From NCBI RefSeq assembly GCF_046119375.1, contig NW_027367086.1:1-62168 (forward strand): a stretch of 62,168 nucleotides of DNA. The letters run 5' to 3'. Positions 24,624 to 35,700 of the stretch are shown one piece after another. This DNA is from Phyllobates terribilis. Taxonomy: Eukaryota. Position 1 is the first letter of the stretch. Every line of letters begins with the position of its first letter. Made by a program: the position numbers and the translations under genes. The notes under the pieces are model-generated. The model saw nothing but the letters and a program-made list of their open reading frames with translations. It did not search any database and was not told where the DNA came from.

Positions 24624-26243
24624 CTAAGTGCTAATTAGGCCACCCTCTTCATTGCTATCAAAGGAGTTCTTTATTTTATCCAGAACCTGCAAAATAAAGC
24701 TCCATTAATGCCCAGCAAGAAAAGAGTGAATTTAATAAATTTGATTCAGCAACAACATATACCTCAATTGCTATGGATGTAGGTGTGATGTCTCCAATAT
24801 CATCAAGACCCAGTTTCTCTGCAATATCTGAGACAAAAAAAGAACATTTTTATAGCAGAAATAGTAAAAAAAAAAAATCTGGAATTATACAGAGTAGATA
24901 TATATACGTTGCAGGGAGACTGTAGTGTCTGCATTGGCATACGATTTTGATCTTTTCTTTGATATTGTGAAAAGCGCCATAAAAATCTGCAAGTAAGTTA
25001 CAAAGCATTATATATAATTATATATATACAGCATATACATATTTACTCTGTATAATTCCAGATTATGAACCCTTGTGTATGGATCGCCTGAATCAAAATC
25101 CAAGAGAGGGCGAGCATCAGTTCCAACTGCAGCAATTCTCTTTGCTAAAGCATCCAAAGGTACGTCTAACCTCACAGTTATTCCCTGTTTCATATATTTC
25201 CTACATACATCAAACATCACTGTTGGTTCATCATATGTTATGAAAAACTAATTGAAGAACAACTATGTCATAAGTATATTATACCAGTTGATAGGCTGAA
25301 TAACTGCACCACCACCAGTAGCAACGACAAGCTTGGGTGTCAAGGCTAATTGTCGAAGTGCCTCGCTCTTCACAAATCAAAAATACAATATCAAATTTTG
25401 TTTATTTATTTAGTTTTGACATACAAGTTAATGCAGTTGAGTTGATTGAACCAACTGACCTCATAGTTTCTGAAATAAGACTCCCCCAACTGCTGAAAGA
25501 TTTGTCTAACTGAAGTTCCTCCATCCATTTCTTCTTCAATGAATTCGTCGCTGATTTTTTTCCCCATAAACATTGATATATAAATTCCAAGTATGCATGA
25601 TCATAGAATTTGTAGAGTTAACTAACCTGTCAACAAAAGCATAGCCCAATGCCTCAGCTAAAACTTTTCCTACTGTCGTTTTCCCACTCCCCATCATACC
25701 TAATAGTTCAGAGTATTTGATTACTCGATCAATATGAGATGAAATGACATGAATCTATATGTATGACCCTTTGCTTACCAACAAGGAATATACTTCGGCC
25801 GTTTAAATATGGGGCTACTTCTTCTGCTTTCTTCTGCAGTTGCATATTCAAATCAGAAATTACTTCTACTGAAAGTTGAATTCAATATAACACCATACTT
25901 CTTTACCTTCAGTAGCCAACTCGTATCTAAACAAGCACAAAGGTTTCTTGATTCGATCTTACAAGCTGCAGAAACAATCAAACCCGTAAATGAGCAATCT
26001 GTCTGACTGAACTTAATTTGAGAAGTGAAAGAGAAAAGGGTAACCTTTAGAGGACTGGGTATAGTTCTTGGCTGTTCTTCCTCTTATACTGATGCTACCA
26101 ATATGAAATGCCCCAAAACGGCCGCCATTGCAATGTCTTGTTGGTGATTGAGGCTGAGCAACTAAAAATCTGGTTTTAGGGAGCTGCAGAGTGATCTGAG
26201 ATGGGAGTTTTACGGTTGCGGAACCACGACAACCACCCTCCAT
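24624..26243 (-). CDS. SK: Shikimate kinase, plastid-targeted, ~10 exons, intact by manual splicing
   Basis: Spliced protein contains [22 protein letters not shown] (P-loop), [57 protein letters not shown] and [11 protein letters not shown]. Stop at 24624-24626. Confidence 0.93.
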
Positions 26244-26830
26244 TTTCTCAAAATGGAACCAATTTATCTCAAATCGCCTCTAAAGAAACCTTCTTGGCTT
26301 TTCACAACAAAAACAAGAACAACATACTGTAAGCATCATTGTTTGTATGACTGTATCCGAAGAAATCAGCGTAAAATGAATTCTCAGGCGCCGACACTGA
26401 GAGCAAAAGCGAAAGGAAGGAAATGAAATGGTTACCATTTTCGGATTTCCACGTGATTGGGGTGGGAGAGAGTTTTCTGCAATTAGAGTGGCATGGAGAA
26501 ATAGAGGTTAGGAGAGGAGGTTGGTAAGAAAATGGAGAGGCGCAGGATAAGCAGGGGCGCACGATAAGGGGATCTGAATGTTGGAAAGAAGGCCGTTAGA
26601 CGCACGTTCACGTTGAAGTTTCCACGTCATCATGTAAGTGATTGCATGATTTGCTGTCAGTTTCAGACTAGTATAAAACAAACAACTGTGTTCCAGACGA
26701 ATCTAACACAAGTTTAGTAAAAAGTTAAATTTCAGATAAAAAATGTACTTAGCGATTCTCTATAAACAGTTCTATCAACTAACATTGAGTCCATATTTTT
26801 ATTTAAAATGTGGTTCAGGTGAAATAATGT

Positions 26831-27296
26831 TTATGGTGTGAAATGAAGAAAAGAATTTAGATTGTCAGATCATTTTAAGAAAATTCAAGTCGGAGGCTAA
26901 AAATACGGTGTTAACACATTAGCATGAATTTTTTGTGCATAAGCATGCATTTTTCGCACATAAGCATGCACTTTTAAAATATAAACTTATATTTGATTTT
27001 AAATGCATTTTCAGTAAAACTTTGCATTTTCAACATATATGCCTACAGTTTTGCATGCTTATTTTTGAAATGAATTTAAGTCAACCCACAATGCATGCTA
27101 ATCAAAATGCAAGTTTATGTGTTGAGAGTGTATGCTTATGTGCTAAAAGTGCATGTTAATATGTTAAAAATGCATATAAAATATGCATAAAAGGGCCTCC
27201 GGTTTGCATTTTTATTGGCATGCATTTTGGAGTCTTCGGCTTGCATTTTCTTGAAATGATCTGACAATCTAGATTTGCACTCATTTTACACCATAA
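26831..27296. mobile_element. MITE with long (~70 bp) TIRs and TGCAT-rich interior, between SK and UTP21
   Basis: Left TTATGGTGTGAAATGA..TAGATTGTCAGATCATTTTAAGAAAATTCAAGTCGGAGGCT pairs with right AGTCTTCGGCTTGCATTTTCTTGAAATGATCTGACAATCTA..TCATTTTACACCATAA. Confidence 0.8.
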
Positions 27297-28244
27297 TATT
27301 TGTTTGCTCCCGCCACTTTTTCTTTTATTTATTAATATACTTATGAGAGAGTTTCACATCTCTTTAAAAAAGGAAAATTTGTATTACCAGGAGTCTTTGG
27401 GTCACACTCCATCTACAACACAAGCATTTTTTTTATTAGTTCTTGGAATATTGGATCCGTTCATTTTAACATTTTTGGTCTATTAATCCCCTTAATCTAG
27501 ACAAGCTTGTCATCCAGATATAATGAATAAAGCTCTTTGATCATGGATGATCAAACCCGAAAAACTTTCAAACCAGGAAAATCTCCTAACACAATCATTT
27601 TTTTGTTAGAACACAGTTGTGTGTAAAAAAGCTTCTTCAATCATGTAGTATAAGTTGGTTAGGTAGGCATTACTAAGTATAAGATTCTTAATGTTTTTTT
27701 TTAGTTTATCACGAACAAATGAAGAATAAGATGTAAGACAAGACATGCAAAGGATTTTAAAGATCTCAAGGGCCCCACTATCGAGAGATGATAGGTAATT
27801 AAATTAGGTGAGGCAGATGGAATTCCTTGGTTAGGGGAGTTGGTGAGGAACCATTTTCATATCCTCATCCCTCCAACCAAACCTTCTTCTCCATCTTTGT
27901 TCTACTATTTTTAATTTTACTTGATAGAAACTTTACATCATACTAACAAGTATTAATGTCGAAGCGAATGAAACTAATTCCAATTTTTACCACATTATTA
28001 GCATACGAATACCATATTATTAAGGTAGTTCAGACCAGACAAATCGTATTATTAACTCCGGTATTGATGCTGTTGGGGTAAGTCAATGCTTATTCTGATA
28101 GTAATACCAAATTCTGATTAACAGTAAGTAATCAAAATCTGGATATGATTAAGAAATAAATCGATAATCAGACCAAAAAAGCTATCCAGAATATTTCAAA
28201 ATCTTGATACTTTTACAACAGCCAAGAAAACAAGTTCATAAGAC

Positions 28245-31200
28245 TCAAAACTGGGAGTTGCTCAAAAAACCCACAACGCATCTAGCCATCTGGAATGACT
28301 TATCAACTCTTTGCCATACCCGTGACTGAGCTTCTAGAAGCTTCTTCGCTTTCTCCTGAAGTTGAGGCCTCCGCCTAACCGTTTCTCCATGGATCTACAA
28401 TCAAGCAAGCAAGCGTGATTGGAGATTATGTCAAGAAAAAAGAAGAAAAACTAGCAGAAGTTTGATGTTTTTACCCTGAGGAAGAGACGGATAACAGCCT
28501 GGACAAACTCAAAATTGTTCCTGCAAGAAACTTCATGAGTCATGTAGTCTAGAAGAAGCTCAATAACTGCAAGTTCATCTCCTTCCCCACTAGGTTCATC
28601 ATCATCTTCATCATCAATTTCAACGATTTGTAATAGCCTAAGCTCCATGTCAAGAGACGAGGGAGATAGCCCCTTGATGTAATCTGTGAATATTGAAACT
28701 GCAGCAACACACAAATTCAAATCCAGTTTAGACAAAAAGGAATAAACAAGATCATTCAGAGAACACACTTTAACTTACAGTTATTTAGTTCTGCAGAAGA
28801 CTTGAGTATGCGCTCAAACTCCGAGGCTAAGCTAGATTTATCCAGAATTTTAGTGGTATCCAATACACTTTCACCCGATTTATCCTCTGTTTCATCCTTC
28901 GACTTGAATACAATGTCTCCTGAGAGGGATGGTATAGAAGGCAAAAAGAAGGGTGCTTTTTCGGGCTTCTTTGGTGGTTCAACTGGCTTATTTCGTTCCT
29001 GGTATACAAAATTCACCACTTAGAATTTACCTAATGAGTAGTTAGTTATTGTTTCTATCTTAAAAGTTAAAAGTCAGTATCATGAGTGATATCTTTGATA
29101 TACCAATTTCCATGAAGATATCAAAACAAAACTCCAAAACACCAACAGTATCAATCTGATGTTGCTGATATCCATGTAGTTTCATACCATATACCCCATA
29201 TCAGTTTGATATCAATATCTGGATATAACAAACACAGAAATATGGGTATGAATGATATCTTACACTCATATCTGATATCTTGATATAGATACCAAACACC
29301 CCCTTAGTTTCCTGAATTTATGTGAAGTGAGTGAGTTTCTGCTATTGAAGTGGTGGTTTACCGGTAACAGGCTACTACTAGTCAGTATTTTAATTCAGTA
29401 CTTAAGGTTCTGTATTGAAACTCTGGCTGAATTGAATACAGAGAAATTGGAAATTCTCCTTCTGACAGTTAATGGTTTCCTTAGGGTACCCTGAGTGGTT
29501 CGTTAAGGTTAGAATCTGACCTTAAGTGGGTTGTAACAGTGTAGCTTAAGCCTACTATACTAGAAAGAGGTATGGGTAGCAGTAAGGTAAGGTAAGAAGA
29601 GAGAGGAAAAAGAAACCTTAATGATATCCAAATTGATCAAGCTTTGCCATTGCGTCTTTGGAAGGAGGGCAAGAGAAACGAGATCTGGCATCTCCCTCTC
29701 AAACTTCTGCTCAACGCTGTCTTGAATTTCAACAGACTTATCTGTGATTTGGCCTGCCTCATTCACTTCAGACCCTTCAATTGATGAAACACCGGGCATT
29801 TTTACATGTACGATTTTGTTTCCACTAGCATAAGAGTGCACAGTTGATGAAGCAGAAAACATGGTCTGATTAACCCTGATATGTATATATAATATTCATA
29901 TGTGAGAAGAGAAGATTCAAGTAACAGCCAGATAGAGTAGTAAAGGGAAACATGTTATACCACAAATAAACCCCGTTTTGGCCAACATGTGAGGTTGCTA
30001 AGACATCCATATTGGGAGACATAGACAAAGCAGCAATTGGCACATCAGCATAAGTTGCGTCAATTTGTCTAGCCAAAATGACATCCCAAACCCTCAAACT
30101 ACCATCCATGCTGCTCGATAGAAGCCATTTTCCATCCTCTGAGAAACACATATCAGTAATACGGTCTGTGTGCCCTTCAAACTTTCTCACCATTCTAAGT
30201 TGCATCACATCATATAATCTTATAACTAAGTCATCAGTTACAGTGGCCAGTAAACCTGCCAATATACATACAACAAACAGTAAATGATTTAGCACACTCA
30301 CAGTAACAATACAAACTAAAAAAATTACCATTGGGGCGATGATAAGCAAGTTTAGAGGCAGGAGAGCCTATTTCCAACTTTGATTTTAATTGGCGTCCTT
30401 TAAAATCCCACACCTAAATAGGAAGCATATTTTGTTAGCTATGCATGAAAAGTGGAATAATAAGAGTAATAATGGGTTTTTTTGTATTAGGATAGGGACC
30501 TTTATATCACCATGATAACCGACACTAATTAATAGTGAGTTAGTTGAATCACAAGCTACTCCAACTACTCCAGCATCGTGTGCACAATGTCTTCCATCTA
30601 AGTAACTGCCACGGCTCAACCCAGATTGAAGATTAAACCTTTCAATCCAACCAGAAGCTGTTCCCAATATAGCAAAATTTCCACAAGCACTGATAGCACA
30701 AGACTGTACAGACACAAAAAGTATCAGCTATGAAATACAAACAGTTATTTGTTCAAAGGAACGAAAAATTATGTGCAAAGATACAACGAGAATGTTCGCG
30801 AGGGAACATAGTCTTCTAGATAAATCGATCTATATAGGACTAAAGCAACATGAAAAACAGCCCATGTGTTGGTTTCTCATTGATTTGGACAATTATCATC
30901 TTCTCATTAATTCTGAACAGTTTTTTTCACGTGTCAAATTTTAAGAGCATTGTTATTTTTGGACTATAGCCACATGGCATCTAATTTAGCATACATGTGG
31001 CAGAGATTATTCTGAACTAAAAATAAATTCTTCTATGTTATACAAGGAAAAATCTAGCATAATTAAAAATACAATATTATGTTTTATATTTAATTATAAA
31101 GAATTTTAGGAAATGACTAAAATGAAGAACACACGGAATCGCAATTACAAGGGAGGTTAAACTAGTGAAATCTAACCTTGACAGGAGCTTGAATTTCTGC

Positions 31201-34200
31201 AGATGGAATCAGTATATGTTCACCAAGCACAAAGTTTTGAAGCCTCCAAACATATGCTTGTGGTGTATCCATATGGCAAGTAACCACATTGCACCAATCA
31301 CGTTCCCTAATCTCAGCTGAAAATAGTGTACGAGTATGAAATCAGTGAATCAATTAACAAATAGCACAAGGATAAACAAGAAACTCTAAGGAAGTCGATA
31401 AATACCGCAATCAAATGCTATAACAGGCTTCAACTTTATCTCTTCCTCCTAAAACATAGTCAGCGATAAACTCTTAGGAACTGAAAAGATGTTGCATAAT
31501 AATAAATAAGAAGAAGCAAATTTTTGATCACACAGCTACTATGATGAACAAGATCAAATTCGAAAGGAGAACAGAAGACAAATCTGAACTCTAATCATGG
31601 TAGTCCTAAACAAGGTCATGAGCAAATTTTGCTCAATACATGATCCATTAACCGTATTAGAGCATGACCAGTTAATAGCCATAACATTTTGATCAAAAAA
31701 GCATAAGAATCATAGTGCAATTTAAGATTCAGATTCGGTCTGCATGCAAGTTCACAAAGGCATACCTTCATCTTCAATTTCTTGGCCCGTCTAGATACAT
31801 GTCGTTGTGACAGCTCCCTGCTTTGTTGGTCCTGATAAGTTAGCAAGTAACATAAGCCAACATGAAGGCAATAGTGACAAATGTATTATTAATCTCAATA
31901 TAATTTCTCTCGTGATCATTAAAAGGTTAATAAGAAGATAACCAATCAAATCTTCATATTAAGATGAATTTCCTTCATTACACTATTGTACATTTTCTAA
32001 ATGCAAGGAATTAAGCTCTAATCTCATACCATATACTTGGCTTACATCCTAAAAGAAAGTATCAAACCTGCACAACAGAAAAGAGTCGAAAAGCACGATC
32101 CTGCCCAGCTGATAATATGTGCCTCCCATTAGCATAGAACCTGCAAAAATGAGCCACATTTATTTTAAATTTTATAACTATCACCAGAAACTAACAAATC
32201 TGCGTATGTTTAAATGACATGACATATATGGGCTAAAATCATTTGAACCTGATGCAGAGTGGAGGTGCACTATGACCACTGCGGAAACGCAAAAGACGAG
32301 GCTCACCATCACTCGTATCAAATATCCACATCTAACAAAAATCAGAAATTAAATAAAACTGTTAATGAATCATTGACGTTAACAAAACAATTCATGCAAA
32401 GAAGAAACCTAAAAAAACAGAAACAGTGAGAGACATAGCTTGCAGTAGTGCACAGAAGTATGATACAATCCCAGAATAGTTACTAATTTCTACTTCTGAG
32501 TAGTTTGTTTTATTTCACAACCACTAGTCAGTCAAAGCTAGTTGTTGTTATTTATGTTTACCTAAGTAGAGGGGCAGATTTAAGTCATCCTAAAGTCAGT
32601 TTATAAGCTTATGACTGATTTGAATACAGAAAAATGGAGATTCTCCTTAATTTCTTAATTATTAGATACTGACATGTGGTGGTTTCGTTAGGGTGAGATC
32701 ATTAACCTTAAGAGCACTCTTTAAAGGACTCCTACAGTTTTAACTCCGAAATATCTCCCTATATCATCCCTTAAAAATTAGGGTATACTAATATCTTGTT
32801 TGAAAAACTCAAAACTCTTAAACATCTCCTTATATCTTTTTTAAAATATATTTAAATATATAAAAATAATTTAGAAACCTAAAATATCTCATCTATTCCC
32901 ATTTCATATTTAAATATGGTGGGTCATCCATTTAGGAGCAATATAGGGAAGTACAAATTTAGGAATTAATTTAGAGAGTTCTCAAATATAGGGCTCAATT
33001 GTTGTGGGCACAATTTATTTAGGTAAATTTGAATTTAGGGATAATTACAGGAGCCCTACAAAGAGTGCTCTAAGTGGGTTCTATTAGTGAACAAGAGAGG
33101 AAGTTACAAAAGAACATATAACAGAGGACCAAATAAGGACTTGTCTCACTTTTATAGAATTGTCTGCTGCAGAACTCATAAGAACAGGCTCGTTCGCAAA
33201 AAAGTGAAGCGAAATTATAGAACTGTCATGGGCCTCTTGAACCACTGATTGAAGTTTTTGCTTCTCCAGATTCCATATGCTAATGATACCAGATGAACCT
33301 CCTGATGCTAAAAGTGGCTGTGTATCTGCAATAAGATTACAAGAATGTCCAGGGCATAGCCACTAATCTAATCAGCTACGAATTACTAAAATTACGAGAT
33401 AAAAATTGAAACCAAAATAAATGCACAGCAGAAAACAACATGCATTCACAAAACTAAATGAGTTAGATAACATAAAATGGGACTAGGAGCATCTTAATAA
33501 TGTTCCGGTAAATATCTGAGGTAAAAAAGATTATTTACCTGTGCTGAATGATAAAGCTGTTACTGCACCTCGAGCAGAATGTGAAAAAGAGACTATCTCT
33601 TTATCATATTTTATGTCATGTACATAGATTTTCCCATCAGCACATCCAACTGCAACAACATCTAATGCTGGTGAGGAGACACAACAACATATGGGTGATT
33701 TCCAGTGCTTGAAATCATACAATTTTTTCTTCGAGCTCACATTCCAGAGCTGCATAGAGCCTTCCTCACTCCCTATGACTACCTGGATTAAAAATAAACA
33801 AAGTAAGAAGGTGCTAATAGCACAAGTAGACCAGAACTTGCAAAAAAATTACATGGAAATCACCTTGTTCAGATATGTATCTGGATGCATGATGCACTTA
33901 GGTGTAAATCCTTCTCCAAGCAGAATATGGTCAATAGGCTCCAGATGGTGTTCAATTCCTTTGAAAGCCCAGATATACAAACTCCCATCAACATCAACAC
34001 TAAGGATGTGATCTCCAAATTGAAGTAGCATATTAACTTTTGCTTTATGTGCTGACCATGTTGCTACCTGAAACACATTTCCAGCATTAGGTTGAGCCAA
34101 AGATCACAGAGTTTGACACCTTTGTGAAAACAGGCAAGAAAGTAAGTGGATGTACACCTACTTACAGATTTAAAGCTTTAATAGAAGAAAGTCCTCCATT

Positions 34201-35032
34201 ACATACCTGATGTGCACGTTTGAAAACTCCTATCTCATTTCCATATGCAGCAAAGGTATAATCACGATAGGAAGCAAGTGCTCGAATCTTCTTCGGAAGC
34301 TGAGGACCTTGATCAATGCCAAAATAAACACAAAACAATCAGAAAAGAAATTAAAGCAGTTTATGGTAACACTTCCCTCATGTCGGTTCAAGGAATAATC
34401 AGGAACCAAAACGATCAAGGAGAACACTGTCAATTCAGTGACATGTAACAAGACAAAATTCATTGAGCTAATCCAAAAATGTAAAATTGAGATTGAAAGT
34501 ATACAGATACAGATACCATCATATGCAAAGCATATAATATGGGAACAATGACAAAAGCTATGACTGGTAATCCTCAAGCCAAAAACTAAAGTAAACTAAA
34601 CTCCTTGCACACTTCCGATCAAAAGCACCAATATTGATGTACCGAAATTGAAGATAATGCACCAGATAAAACACAATACCCAGACAATGGAAACGCCACA
34701 AAGCTTCATAAATCATAAAATCTAAGAAAATTGAGCTGTATCACGTCATATTCATATATATAATCAACGGAGAACTTACCGACAAGAACCAAATTGAGCT
34801 TAGCACACTGCCAGAGCAAAAAGAACAGAAAAGGTTTTGGTTAGAACAGCAATTTTTGCAAGGTACCGTAGCAAGCAGTGTAGAAAAAGGGATAAGAAGA
34901 ATTTACATTGTATATTTGCCAAGCTTTTCCGACGCTAACGGTGACGAATGTCTCGGTACCCAACCTCTGAACAGAGAAAGGAACTGAAGATGTTATATAA
35001 CCTATAGCTCTAAACGGCTCAAATATCCCCAT
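28245..35032 (-). CDS. UTP21: U3 snoRNA-associated protein 21 / WDR36 (WD40 repeats + Utp21 C-terminal domain), multi-exon
   Basis: MGIFEPFRAIGYIT..VPFSVQRLGTETFVTVSVGKAWQIYN, CAISACGNFAILGTASGWIERFNLQSG, VRKFEGHTDRITDMCFSEDGKWLLSSSMD, LSLALLPKTQWQSLINLDIIK, ERNKPVEPPKKPEKAPFFLPS, last exon ..VGFLSNSQF*. Confidence 0.93.
29075..29303. mobile_element. Partial Tourist/PIF-Harbinger-type MITE in UTP21 intron
   Basis: Right end ACCAAACACCCCC followed by TTA (reverse complement GGGGGTGTTTGGT, typical of Harbinger TIRs). GATATC-rich body. Left TIR not found. Confidence 0.45.
32712..33070. mobile_element. Tourist-like MITE (359 bp) in UTP21 intron
   Basis: TIRs GAGCACTCTTTAAAGGACTCCTAC / ACAGGAGCCCTACAAAGAGTGCTC. 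3-bp TSD TAA at 32709-32711 and 33071-33073. Confidence 0.85.
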
Positions 35033-35322
35033 TCTTCTCAATTAGATACAGGCAGCTTAGAGATTGGTTGGCTAGTCGGCGCACTTCAAACTGCAAGTCA
35101 AGAGCCAGTAAAGACCGGTTATCCTGTGACAAATTTGTGTATCAGAGAACCGGTGATATATAAGAATCCATAACCACTAACAAAAGAGAAATCACCTGAG
35201 AAGAAGTTGGCAACAGAAAGAGAGAGAGGCGGCGTGAGGGTGGAGAGCTCGATACGAGATGTATACAGGGTGAGGGACACCGTCTATAGAGGGAGAGAAG
35301 AGAGCGCGGCAACGGGATACAG

Positions 35323-35331
35323 TTAGGGTTT
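35323..35331 (-). promoter_or_regulatory. Telo-box (AAACCCTAA) upstream of UTP21
   Basis: TTAGGGTTT on + strand ~290 bp upstream of the ATG. Telo-boxes are common in promoters of plant ribosome-biogenesis genes. Confidence 0.55.
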
Positions 35332-35700
35332 ATTCCGGGTTTTCGTACATGTGAATTTTGAAATAAAAATAATAATTATCACTTAAATAGATTATTTTGG
35401 AAAAGAAGTTATAATTTAGTCCATTGTTAAGTGTCGCACATGTTTTTTACTAACGATCGCATACGCGTTCGTCACCATCGCAACGCTTTGAAGACGCTCC
35501 ACGAGCACGCTGACGTTGTTCGTCACGAGGAGCGTGTAAAGGCTTATAAAAGCCTAAATTTTGGCCCAAACCCTCATTATATCAACTCCTCCACCTCCCA
35601 CAAACTCTCTCTGCAGAAAAGCTTCGTTCGAACATCATTGTTGCTTGTTTGAGTTTCGTTTGGTTGTTCTTCCATTCTAAAGATCCAAATCGAAGTTGAT

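Noticed and set aside
24624-26243. Shikimate kinase as a pseudogene (short broken ORFs, W>R in GITVRLDVP)
   Set aside because: Manual GT-AG splicing gives a continuous frame with the P-loop and key Arg residues retained; one substitution is not evidence of loss.
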